Assembly: GCA_050302075.1 (NCBI GenBank)
Contig: JBNLAH010000002.1
Location: 32,606-96,605, forward strand
From: Parachlamydiales bacterium
GTDB lineage: Bacteria; Chlamydiota; Chlamydiia; Chlamydiales; SM23-39
DNA length: 64,000 bases
Direction of reading: 5' to 3'
This document shows, piece by piece, positions 39,673 to 48,360 of this stretch. The notes beneath the pieces were generated by a model. The model was not told where the DNA came from. It saw only the letters and a program-made list of their open reading frames with translations, and ran no database searches. Position 1 is the stretch's first letter. Each line of letters opens with the position of its first letter. The position numbers and the translations under genes are program-made.

Positions 39673-40720
39673 GAAAAATTAAAATTTGATTTTATTCTTT
39701 AAATAAAGTACGTTTCATAAGCCTTAATTAATTTAATAAGTTTAATTTTTATTTATAGGTGAAACATGAGCTTTATTAGATATGTCTTTCAAGGAACTAG
39801 CATTGATTTTTTTAATAATAACTCTTCGTCAGAAGTATCAGACAAAAGAGATTATAATATTATGCGAGCTGTTAAGCGTCCTTTAATATGGTTAACAGCT
39901 TTGGGTTTATTGATCGCAAATGCAGGTGCAACCAATGTTTTTGCTCATTCTGAAAATGTAGTAGCCCCTGATAGAGTAGCAAATATGAAAAAGCCTTTAC
40001 AGCCTGAATTCTCAATAACTCGAGCTCCTGAAGTAGTTGAATGTTATGAAAGATTTCAAGAGGTGCTTAAAAATATTTTTTACTGTCCACTCTCTAGAGC
40101 TTTAGCTAAAGATGTAGTAAGAAACCGTGTAGGTTTTGCTTGTGTAGCTAGTGATTTACCTGTACTTTTAGGTTTTGATCCAGATTATAAAGTACTTACC
40201 ATTTCAGCAAATTATAGAAAACATACTCAATTTCCACAAAGTAAGTATATGTTAGATATGCTAAGAGCTCTCTCTAGGTGGTTATATGCAGAAGATTTTA
40301 TTATATTAAGAAAAAAACGATGTGATTTGCTTCCTAGTGAATATGCTGATTTAAAAGAGGAAGTTTCTCTGAAGTCTATAGAAATTTCTGAAGCGATGTT
40401 AAATGGCTGTGTTGAGAAAGGATATTGGCCAGAAAAATTTTTATATCGAAATTTAGCGGCAAGAGAACTGATAGCAAAGTATATTGCATCAGGAGAATAT
40501 GAGGACCTTTTAGCCTTTTTAAAAAGTACACTTAGAGAAGATGAATTAAAAGATTTTGAGAGTGCTAGTCGTGAAAAAGTTGCTGAACTTGCTGTTAAAT
40601 ATCTAGTTAGATTACAGAAAAAAGAAAATATACCTCTTATAAGAACTGAAGACTTAATTGAAGAGTGGCATGAAAACTGCCAGTCTTGACTTGTATCTAA
40701 TTTAAGTTATAGATTTGTTT
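39673..40720 (+). repeat. tandem duplication unit 1 (promoter region + paralogue A + 3' flank)
   Basis: Aligns with 40815..41862 at a period of ~1140 nt. The upstream ~95 nt and the first ~65 codons are near-identical, the remainder matches only in patches. Confidence 0.85.
39766..40689 (+). CDS. membrane-anchored/secreted Cys-containing protein, paralogue A of a local family
   Basis: 307 aa. Single N-terminal TM/signal anchor PLIWLTALGLLIANAGA. Shares WLYAEDFIILRKKRC, GYWPEKF and EEWHENC with paralogue B. Confidence 0.7.
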   Translation: MSFIRYVFQGTSIDFFNNNSSSEVSDKRDYNIMRAVKRPLIWLTALGLLIANAGATNVFAHSENVVAPDRVANMKKPLQPEFSITRAPEVVECYERFQEVLKNIFYCPLSRALAKDVVRNRVGFACVASDLPVLLGFDPDYKVLTISANYRKHTQFPQSKYMLDMLRALSRWLYAEDFIILRKKRCDLLPSEYADLKEEVSLKSIEISEAMLNGCVEKGYWPEKFLYRNLAARELIAKYIASGEYEDLLAFLKSTLREDELKDFESASREKVAELAVKYLVRLQKKENIPLIRTEDLIEEWHENCQS

Positions 40721-40814
40721 GAAGTTGGTCTATTAATACTAAAATAGACTAGCTTCTAAATTTTGTTGAAATTCCTATCTGACTAATTGGAAAAGTAACA
40801 AAATTCTATTTTTA

Positions 40815-41862
40815 GAAAATTAAAATTTGATTTTTTTTTTTAAATAAAGTACGTTTCATTACCCTTAATTAATTTAATAGGTTTAATTTTATTTATAGGT
40901 GAAACATGAGCTTTATTAGATCTGTCTTTCAAGGAACTAGCATTGATTTTTTTAATAATAATTCTTCGTCAGAAGTATCAGGAAAAAGAGATTATAATGT
41001 TACGAGTGCTGTTAAGCGTCCTTTAATGTGGTTAGCAGCTTTGGGTTTGTTGATCACAAATGCTGGTGCAACCAAATTTTTTGCACATTCTGAAAATGTA
41101 GTAGACTTTGGCAGGATAGTAAGAATGAAAACGCCTTTACAACCTGAATTTTCAATAACTAAGACTCCAGAAGAAGTAGAGTGCAGTGAGAGGGTTAGCG
41201 AAACACTGAAAAATATATTTGATTGCCCATTTTCTAGAGTGTTAGACAGATTAATAGAAAAAAGAGATATAAATATTGTTTGCGTACCTGAGTACTTACC
41301 TGAACTTGCAATTTTTAACTCAGAATATAATACACTTCTCATTTCAGCAAATTTTAAAACCCAACTTCCAGAAAAGTATATGGTAGCTATATTAAGAGAG
41401 TTCTCTATGTGGTTATATGCAGAAGATTTTATTATATTAAGAAAAAAACGATGTAATTTTCTTCCTAGTGAATATGCTCGTTTACAAGGTAAATTTTTAG
41501 ATCAGTGTGAAGAAATTGTTGATGAGATGACAAGTAGTTGTGTTAAAGATGGGTACTGGTCAGAAGAATTTATATCTGAAAATCTGGCGGCAAGAGAAGT
41601 GGTAACAAAGCTTACTTCATTAGGAGAGCGGGAAGTTATTTTAAGCGTAATAAAAGGAAACTTTCAAGGAGCTGAAATAAAAAAATTAGAGAATGCTAGA
41701 GGTGAAGAATTTATTGAGCTTGCTGTTAAATATATGATTAGATACCAAAAAGAAATTGTAGATATTGAACGTTCATTAAATGAGGCAATGAACCACGCCT
41801 TTATTGAAGAATGGTATGAAAATTGCTAATCTTGACCTGTGCTCAATTTAGGTTATAGCTTT
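40815..41862 (+). repeat. tandem duplication unit 2
   Basis: See unit 1. Contains a 46-nt block (41409..41454) 100% identical to 40278..40323. Confidence 0.85.
40906..41829 (+). CDS. membrane-anchored/secreted Cys-containing protein, paralogue B
   Basis: 307 aa, collinear with paralogue A. The N-terminal 65 aa are almost identical. Confidence 0.7.
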   Translation: MSFIRSVFQGTSIDFFNNNSSSEVSGKRDYNVTSAVKRPLMWLAALGLLITNAGATKFFAHSENVVDFGRIVRMKTPLQPEFSITKTPEEVECSERVSETLKNIFDCPFSRVLDRLIEKRDINIVCVPEYLPELAIFNSEYNTLLISANFKTQLPEKYMVAILREFSMWLYAEDFIILRKKRCNFLPSEYARLQGKFLDQCEEIVDEMTSSCVKDGYWSEEFISENLAAREVVTKLTSLGEREVILSVIKGNFQGAEIKKLENARGEEFIELAVKYMIRYQKEIVDIERSLNEAMNHAFIEEWYENC

Positions 41863-41987
41863 TAAATTTAATTAAAATATTTTAATTTACTATTATTTTT
41901 TCTGAGTTAATTGGTACTACGAAACTTTTCCAACTAGTTCCTAAAATAGGAAAAAACACTCGCCATAAGAAGTATTAGGTAAAAAAT

Positions 41988-42740
41988 ATGAGTTGTATTT
42001 TTAATAAATTATCTAGTGTTCTGCATGCGCTATTTCCTAAAACTAAATATGAACAAAAGAATAATGAAAGTACAAGTAGCTTGAGAAAAATCGAAATAGT
42101 AGCAGCTATAGCCATTGGGTTATTAGCCTCTTGTTATAGTATAGAGTTAACTACTAGAAGCTCAAGGTGTGATGATTTATTAGATAAGGGAATACAAGCT
42201 ATTAAAGAGTGCAGTGTTTCTAGAAAACTATGGAATAGTAATAAAAAAAATGGAAACTTTGCAATAAAATGCGATCAAGGTACTCATCAAGCTTCAGTTA
42301 TTCCAGAAGTTAGAGAAATACTTGTTTCAACTTTAACAATGCAAGAAGCTGAAATGGTAGATTCGTTATTATTTGAGCTTCTTAATTTAAATAAAGCTGA
42401 TGAAATTTCCATAACTAGACAAAGAATATGTTCCATGCCAATGGATGATTATGCTAGGGAAATGGAAAAGTTTGAATACCAGACTACAATTGATGCATAT
42501 AATATCCAAAATGAGTGCGTTCAAAATGGAATATGGCCTGAAAGCTTTGTTCAGAATGCAGAGCTTTTTGAAGAGCCTTGGAGTTCTTTAGACAAATACC
42601 TTCAACATCAAGAGAATGAAGTGCATACCGATTTGTATCGTTTAGAATGGTTAGAAAGCTGTGATTTGCCAGAGAAAACTTTGCAGTTGAAACTGAGTAT
42701 CATTCAGAAAACTTATCAAAAAATGCTTAAAGATGCTTAA
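41988..42740 (+). CDS. distant third member of the same family (paralogue C)
   Basis: 250 aa with an N-terminal TM IVAAIAIGLLASCY. Shares the C..(12-14)..C.xSRxL, RxRxC..P...YA, ECVQNGIWPESF and EWLESC landmarks with A and B. Confidence 0.55.
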   Translation: MSCIFNKLSSVLHALFPKTKYEQKNNESTSSLRKIEIVAAIAIGLLASCYSIELTTRSSRCDDLLDKGIQAIKECSVSRKLWNSNKKNGNFAIKCDQGTHQASVIPEVREILVSTLTMQEAEMVDSLLFELLNLNKADEISITRQRICSMPMDDYAREMEKFEYQTTIDAYNIQNECVQNGIWPESFVQNAELFEEPWSSLDKYLQHQENEVHTDLYRLEWLESCDLPEKTLQLKLSIIQKTYQKMLKDA

Positions 42741-42884
42741 AAATTCGAAAAAATAAGCTTTTTTTAGTAAACAACTAATTATTAGTTATTAGCATCTAAT
42801 ATTAAATTTAAATAAAAAAATCACAATTTTTAAATTAATAATTACTATGGTATAATAATTTTAATTTAAAAAAGGTAATTAGTT

Positions 42885-43592
42885 TTGAGTGTTACTTTAA
42901 TATCAAGATCAGTGACATCTAATGATATAAATTATAGAACTCCAGCGGATTTGCATTTTAAAAGACTAGTATTAAGGATTTTAGAAATTTGGAGATCTAT
43001 ATCAAGCTCTTTTCAAAGCTTTTTTAAGAATAGCGATAATAAAATTAAAAAAGGTAATTTGCTCAACTCCTTTGATATTTTAAAAAATATCGGAGAAACC
43101 AATAATTTGGTGTATACGGATCAACAGGTGATAAATCAAAAAATTGGAAAAGAAAGCTTAGAAAATGTAATAAATTCTAATAAGCCTGTAATTTTTCTTC
43201 CATATACTATTTCTGGATATTTTCGTGACCACATTGTTTTCTTTGCTGTGAACAAGACAACAAGAGAGATTATTTTTTATGATTCTAAAGGGTGGTCTTT
43301 AGCAGATTACAGATTAAAAGATGTCTTTAAAATCATTAAAAAAGAATATCGCAATTTTAATTTCATCCAAAACATAAAAAAAGAACAATATGATGCTTTT
43401 AACTGTGGCGTATATGTATTAAAAAGAATAATAAAACTCGAAGAAGACCCTAGCGTTTCTTTTGAAAAACTTTTACAGCAAAATCCTATTTCATATCATG
43501 ATGCAATGAAAGCTAGAGAAGATGAACTGATTCAAGCTTCAAATTATGAAGTACCTGTTGATATCGATAAGGCAATCATTATTGAGGACTAA
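42885..43592 (+). CDS. Ulp1-like cysteine protease (clan CE, C48-type; candidate deubiquitinase/deSUMOylase effector)
   Basis: His116-(17)-Asp133 ... Gln168-(6)-Cys174 in the contexts DHIVFFAV, IFYDSKG and QYDAFNCGVYVL. This matches the Ulp1 H-17-D and Q-6-C spacing. TTG start; 235 aa. Confidence 0.7.
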   Translation: MSVTLISRSVTSNDINYRTPADLHFKRLVLRILEIWRSISSSFQSFFKNSDNKIKKGNLLNSFDILKNIGETNNLVYTDQQVINQKIGKESLENVINSNKPVIFLPYTISGYFRDHIVFFAVNKTTREIIFYDSKGWSLADYRLKDVFKIIKKEYRNFNFIQNIKKEQYDAFNCGVYVLKRIIKLEEDPSVSFEKLLQQNPISYHDAMKAREDELIQASNYEVPVDIDKAIIIED

Positions 43593-45729
43593 CGCTTCTT
43601 TTAACAATAAATTCTTTAAGCCCTGTAAACCTAAGTTGTACTTCATTATTTTTAACAGCAATCGCTAGCGCTTTTTTTGATCCAACTAATACAACGAACC
43701 TTTTACCTCGAGTAATTGCCGTATATAATAAATTTCTATGCAATAGTTTAAAATGTGAGGTATGTATAGGCATTACTATACAAGGACACTCGCTACCTTG
43801 GTATTTGTGAACCGATACTGCATAGGCTAAAACTATCTCATCTAGTTCAGTGAAATCATATTCGACTATCTTTGATCCATAGTCTACAAAAAGTAAATGC
43901 TCAATAGTGTCAATTTGTATAATTTTTCCAATATCACCATTGTAGACTTTCTTCTGATAGTTGTTACGGATTTGCATTACTTTATCATTTAGGTGAAAAC
44001 TCTTCCCCATTCGCTGAAAAGGCCGGTCTGACGGATTTAGTTTTTCTTGCAGTAGTGAATTGAAAGCCTCAATTCCAATAGGACCTTTTTTCATAGGCGA
44101 TAACACCTGAATATCCTTTAAGGGATCCATTTTCTTTTCATTAGGAATAGTAGTGCACACCAACTCTAATATCTTATCTTGGATCTTTTCAGTATCATTT
44201 TCTTCATAGTAGTGAAAGTCGCACCACTTAGCATTCGTTAAGTAAGGAAATTCGCCTTGATTTATCCTATGGGCATTGACAATTATTTTTGAATTTGCAG
44301 CCTGCCTGAAAATTTCGGTTAATCTCGTAACGGCTATTTTCCCTGAGGCTATTAAATCTTTTAAGATATTTCCCGCTCCAACGCTTGGCAGCTGATCAAT
44401 ATCACCAATGAAAATCAGTTTAGCAGAAGTTGGTAAGGCTAACAAAAAGTGAAACATTATGTTTGTGTCAATCATCGATGCTTCATCGACAATTATCATA
44501 TCATATGAAAGGGGGTTCTCTTTAGTTCTTTTAAAACTAAAATTTACTGGATCAAACTCTAAAATTGAATGAATTGTAAATGCTTTTTTTCCGGTAATTT
44601 GAGAAAGTCTTTTTGCAGCTCTGCCAGTCGGTGCAGCAAGTAAGATCTTTGATGTCTTTTTTTCCATTATTGAAAGTACTGCTTTGGTAATAGTACTTTT
44701 ACCGGTACCAGGACCTCCAGTTATAATATGTAGTTTTTCTTTAATTGATCTGGCTAGCGCTGAAATTTGCTTTTCTTCCAATTGAATGTTTAGCTTTTTC
44801 TGAACCCACCCTACTGCAGCATCAACTTGTGTAATTTCAACTTCAGGCTTACTATTTTGAATTCGAGCTAGTTCGTTTGCAATTTGCTCTTCTTGGGTGT
44901 GAAAATTCTTAAGCCAAATAAAGCCATTTTCTTTGACTAAAGTCTCATTTTCTAAAAGAACATAAAGCTCTTCTTTTATAAAAGAAGCATCTACTTCTAG
45001 CATACCAGATGCATATTCTACCAAGTCATCCTCAGGATAACATGTATGTCCAGCATTCATAAGCTCCCATAAAGAAAATTCTATGCCAGCTTTTAACCTT
45101 GCTGGACATGATTTTTCAAAGCCGAGCTCTTTTGCAATTTTATCAGACATTTTGAATCCAATGCCTGTAACTTCTTTTGCCAATTGATAAGGATCTTCAC
45201 TTACCTTTTTTATACTTAAATTCCCAAAACGCTTATAAATTTTTTGAGCATACCCCGGCGATACACCATATGTCCTTAGAAAAATCATTACTTTTCTTAT
45301 CGATCTTTGATCATTCCAGCACTCAATAACCTGATTCACCTTACCTTTTCCAATTCCTGGAATCTCTAAAAGTTTTTCTGGTTCATCATCGATTACCTGC
45401 AAAGTATTAGAGCCAAACTTATCAATAATTTTTTTTGCAAAGGCAGGTCCTATTCCTTTAATTAATCCAGATTCTAAATATTTTTGAATACCAACCACAT
45501 CCGCTGGGTATGTTGTCTCATAGTTTTGTACTTCAAATTGCCATCCATGTCTTTGATGTTGCTTCCATGTTCCTTCACAAATTAAAGTTTCTCCAGGTTG
45601 CAAAGCTGGCAAGTAGCCAACTACAGAAACAATATCTTGTTTGTCGCTTTCTTTAAGCTTGGCAACTGTAAATCCATTCTCAGGGTGAACATAAACGATA
45701 TGCTCGATGTGGCCTTTGATCTTTTCCAT
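43579..45729 (-). CDS. recD2: RecD2-type (RecD-like) ATP-dependent DNA helicase
   Basis: N-terminal OB/HhH region, Walker A GGPGTGKST, Walker B IIVDEASMID, LIFIGDIDQLPSVGAGN, C-terminal AVSVHKYQGSE and YTAITRGK. 716 aa. Confidence 0.9.
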   Translation of the reverse strand: MEKIKGHIEHIVYVHPENGFTVAKLKESDKQDIVSVVGYLPALQPGETLICEGTWKQHQRHGWQFEVQNYETTYPADVVGIQKYLESGLIKGIGPAFAKKIIDKFGSNTLQVIDDEPEKLLEIPGIGKGKVNQVIECWNDQRSIRKVMIFLRTYGVSPGYAQKIYKRFGNLSIKKVSEDPYQLAKEVTGIGFKMSDKIAKELGFEKSCPARLKAGIEFSLWELMNAGHTCYPEDDLVEYASGMLEVDASFIKEELYVLLENETLVKENGFIWLKNFHTQEEQIANELARIQNSKPEVEITQVDAAVGWVQKKLNIQLEEKQISALARSIKEKLHIITGGPGTGKSTITKAVLSIMEKKTSKILLAAPTGRAAKRLSQITGKKAFTIHSILEFDPVNFSFKRTKENPLSYDMIIVDEASMIDTNIMFHFLLALPTSAKLIFIGDIDQLPSVGAGNILKDLIASGKIAVTRLTEIFRQAANSKIIVNAHRINQGEFPYLTNAKWCDFHYYEENDTEKIQDKILELVCTTIPNEKKMDPLKDIQVLSPMKKGPIGIEAFNSLLQEKLNPSDRPFQRMGKSFHLNDKVMQIRNNYQKKVYNGDIGKIIQIDTIEHLLFVDYGSKIVEYDFTELDEIVLAYAVSVHKYQGSECPCIVMPIHTSHFKLLHRNLLYTAITRGKRFVVLVGSKKALAIAVKNNEVQLRFTGLKEFIVKRSVSPQ

Positions 45730-45816
45730 AATTAATTTTTTTCATACCAGCTTAAAATATGCAGAAATTAAATTTGCATTTTTTTCTCATAATTCTTAAA
45801 ATAAATTACTTTCTGA

Positions 45817-45888
45817 TCCGGATTAGCTCAGTGGTAGAGCAGTTGACTGTTAATCAATTGGTCGCAAGTTCGAATCTTGCATCCGGAG
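45817..45888 (+). tRNA. tRNA-Asn (anticodon GTT)
   Basis: Cloverleaf folded by hand: acceptor tccggat/atccgga, D-arm gctc-agtggta-gagc, anticodon arm gttga-CTGTTAA-tcaat, T-arm gcaag-ttcgaat-cttgc, discriminator G. No encoded CCA. Confidence 0.9.
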
Positions 45889-45950
45889 TTTTTCTATTGC
45901 AAGCAGTTAAGTTCAAGACTTAACTGCTTTTTTTATGCCTTTAAGTCTTG
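45885..45950 (+). repeat. left direct repeat (attL-like), overlapping the last 4 nt of tRNA-Asn and its terminator
   Basis: ggagtttttctattgcaagcagttaagttcaaGacttaactGctttttt... recurs at 49275..49339. The ~50-nt core has 2 mismatches, followed by a weaker tail. Confidence 0.8.
45901..45936 (+). terminator. tRNA-Asn terminator hairpin
   Basis: Perfect 12-bp stem aagcagttaagt / acttaactgctt with a 5-nt loop, followed by a T7 run. Confidence 0.7.
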
Positions 45951-46135
45951 ATGCTTCAAAATTGCTACACTCTTTTCAAAACTATACAATTTGAGTATAA
46001 AAAATGCTTTTATTCGGAACCTAAAAAGTCCGATAAGCGAATAACCATTTCTTATATTCAGCTGTATTCTATCGTGTGATCATAAATAAAGTTTTTTTGC
46101 GTAAAGAAATTTATTAAAGTTTGCGGAGGAAAAAA

Positions 46136-46250
46136 ATGGCAACGATTAATGAGCGAGAAGATAAAAATGGCAAAACCAGGTTTCAAGTGATAGTTAGGCT
46201 TAAAGGTCATCCAACGCAGACTGCAACATTCGCGAGCAAAACAGATAGTT
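46136..46250 (+). pseudogene. tyrosine integrase, N-terminal stub only
   Basis: MATINEREDKNGKTRFQVIVRLKGHPTQTATFASKTD matches the usual N-terminal pattern of island integrases (MA.I..R....G......V...kG.....tF..k.dA). ggagga RBS. The frame then degenerates and no catalytic domain is present. Confidence 0.55.
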
Positions 46251-46277
46251 GTTTGGGGAGGAGCATCAATAACAGAA

Positions 46278-46600
46278 ATGATAGTAACAACTATAGCGGC
46301 AGGAGCAGCTTCTTGGATAGTTAACGAAATTGGAAATGTATTAGATAAAAAAATCAAAGATAAGAAATGGAAATCAAAAGAAAAAGATGAATATAAAAAG
46401 CCAAAACCGCGAATTGATGAGAAAAAAGGATCAAAGGATGTTCCAGATTGGGCTAGAGGCAATAAGCCTATCAATCAGAATCTGGAAATGACTTTGCAAA
46501 ACGCCTGTTAGATGAAAAATATTGATTAGGCAATTATCGCAAAGGCCTTAAAACAGAATTTAATAAAATTAAGAAATGGGGAGATCGATCATGGGAATAA
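46278..46600 (+). pseudogene. polymorphic-toxin-like C-terminal tip remnant (frameshift + in-frame stop)
   Basis: ...GSKDVPDWARGNKP (frame 1), then SESGNDFAKRLLDEKY*LGNYRKGLKTEFNKIKKWGDRSWE (frame 2). The pattern recalls C-terminal cassettes seen on Rhs/other polymorphic toxins. This is my recollection and was not searched. Confidence 0.35.
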
Positions 46601-46823
46601 GAGACTTAAAAAAAAGTATACATTTTATATCATGCATGAGTTTGAAAGTGGAGAATAAGATGTCAAATTACTTGGAGTTTTTTCCTCAAAAGAAAAAGCT
46701 TTAAAAGCAGTTGATGATCATGGAAAACTACCTGGCTTTAAGGATCACTTAAATGGTTTCTCTATTGATGAATACATTATTGATAAATCTGAATGGAATG
46801 AAGGATTTGCCACTTTAGATTAA
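46591..46823 (+). pseudogene. immunity-protein-like gene remnant (frameshift in A8 run + TAA)
   Basis: Its ATG overlaps the upstream remnant's stop. Conceptual product ..KKKYTFYIMHEFESGE*DVKLLGVFSSKEKALKAVDDHGKLPGFKDHLNGFSIDEYIIDKSEWNEGFATLD, a pattern I associate with small cognate immunity proteins. Confidence 0.35.
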
Positions 46824-46868
46824 AATTTAAATAAACCTCTTAAAAAGTAATATTTAGATGAATTTTTT

Positions 46869-47171
46869 CTATGACAGCCTTAAATTTAGCCCCAAAGCAG
46901 CAACTAAAGAAACTAACGTATGCCATTTAGGATTGCCTTTTTCAGAAAGTGTCTTATAAAGGCTTTCTCTTCCTACATGTGCTTTTTTTGCTAGATTGCC
47001 AATGCCACCTTGTGCTTCAGCCATATTTCGAAGTGCTAAAAGAAAGAGATGCTGAGAGTCTTCGTCACCTTTGAGGCTTTCCTCTAAGGCAGCGTTGAGA
47101 TAGGCAACAGCTTCATCATGGTCTTTTAGTTCTTCGAGTAAAAAATCTTGGTATTTTCTATTTCTTGTCAT
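46869..47171 (-). CDS. higA: HigA-family antitoxin ('addiction module antidote', HTH)
   Basis: 100 aa. DEAVAYLNAALEE ... LLALRNMAEAQGGIGNLAKKAHVGRESLYKTLSEKGNP. Its start overlaps the end of the higB remnant. Confidence 0.75.
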   Translation of the reverse strand: MTRNRKYQDFLLEELKDHDEAVAYLNAALEESLKGDEDSQHLFLLALRNMAEAQGGIGNLAKKAHVGRESLYKTLSEKGNPKWHTLVSLVAALGLNLRLS

Positions 47172-47334
47172 AATTTTCTCTTCTTTTTTGGTAATCCTCG
47201 AAATATTCTTTTGCTCTAGTAATATCTCTTGCTTGTGTACTTTTGTCTCCGCCGCAAAGGAGTAGTACTACTTTATTTCCGATCTTGCCATAATAAATTC
47301 TTATGCCAGGTCCATAATGGATTTTAAGTTCAGA
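47158..47334 (-). pseudogene. higB: HigB/RelE-type 'addiction module killer' toxin, N-terminally truncated
   Basis: My own translation gives SELKIHYGPGIRIYYGKIGNKVVLLLCGGDKSTQARDITRAKEYFEDYQKRRENYDKK*. The first ~45 codons and the start codon are missing. The truncation abuts the RBS of the 47380 gene. Confidence 0.65.
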
Positions 47335-47379
47335 TAAGTTAGTGTTTTTGCTAATCTTTTTAAAAAGGAGATTTTAACC

Positions 47380-48081
47380 TTGACTCTTGAAGTTTTAAAA
47401 GAGATTTATAACTTTTTATTTCCATATCTTAAGACAGCGTTTAGTTTTTGGCTTGGTCATAAATTTTTTATAAAACAATATGTAAAAGAAAAAATAGCGG
47501 ATAGAAATAATTCAATTCATCAACAAAAAGACTCATTAAATAAAGAAGCATTTGATCAAATTCAACAGAAAACTACAGAAATTCAAGAAAACTTAGGATG
47601 GGTACGTTCTTATCACAAACTTCTACCTGATTCATATTTTAACCCTGAACTTTTTAAAACATATATCAAAATGTTTGATGATCGTTGTTCTTTGTTAGTT
47701 GATAGACTTTTTATATTATCGACTTTACTTGAAAAATATGACTTTGTTATTGATACAAACAATTCTTTAAGTCGAGAAAGTATGAGATTACATGCAGACT
47801 TAGGTCATGTACAGTTTAACATCATAAACATATCAAAAGATAATAAATGCTTGAATGAACTTTGTGAAAAACTTTTAGCTATTTCTAGTAAAATCAATTT
47901 ACATATCAAAAAGGTTAGTGATGAATCAAAAAAAATATTAAAAAGTGTTTATGAGTCTCTAAATGAAAGAATTGAAAAAAACAAAACCTTATCGAAAACA
48001 ACACGGGTTAATTTCTTAAAAATATATCTAAAAAGATGGTTTTCCTGGATTGCTTCTAGGATAACATCAAATTCAATCTAA
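47380..48081 (+). CDS. hypothetical all-helical protein (233 aa) inserted in the dismantled higBA locus
   Basis: TTG start 8 nt after aaggag. Amphipathic/hydrophobic N-terminus (LFPYLKTAFSFWLGHKFFI) and C-terminus (FLKIYLKRWFSWIASRI). No motif recognised. Confidence 0.55.
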   Translation: MTLEVLKEIYNFLFPYLKTAFSFWLGHKFFIKQYVKEKIADRNNSIHQQKDSLNKEAFDQIQQKTTEIQENLGWVRSYHKLLPDSYFNPELFKTYIKMFDDRCSLLVDRLFILSTLLEKYDFVIDTNNSLSRESMRLHADLGHVQFNIINISKDNKCLNELCEKLLAISSKINLHIKKVSDESKKILKSVYESLNERIEKNKTLSKTTRVNFLKIYLKRWFSWIASRITSNSI

Positions 48082-48099
48082 GAGAAATAACTAAAGAAA

Positions 48100-48360
48100 C
48101 TAACGTATGCCATTTAGGATTACCTTTTTCAGAAAGAGTCTTATAAAGACTTTCTCTTTCCTACGTGTGCTTTTTTTGGCTAGGTTGCCAGCGCCACCTT
48201 GTGCTTCTGCCACATTTCGAAGTGCTAAAAGAAAGAGATGCTGAGACTCTTCGTCACCTTTGAGGCTTTCCTCTAAGGTAGCGTTGAGATAGGCAACAGC
48301 TTCATCATGGTCTTTTAGTTCTTCAATCAAGAAGTCTTGATATTTTCTATTTCTAGCCAT
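48100..48360 (-). pseudogene. second higA copy, frameshifted and 3'-truncated
   Basis: The first ~62 codons are near-identical to 46869..47171 (MARNRKYQDFLIEELKDHDEAVAYLNATLEES...). A 1-nt insertion after NLAKK destroys the HTH. The duplication ends at actaaagaaactaacg. Confidence 0.7.

Noticed and set aside
46058-46474. 138-aa minus-strand ORF across the integrase and toxin remnants
   Set aside because: It is antisense to sequences with recognisable plus-strand homology patterns. The translation is Phe/Ser-rich and low in complexity, with no start context.
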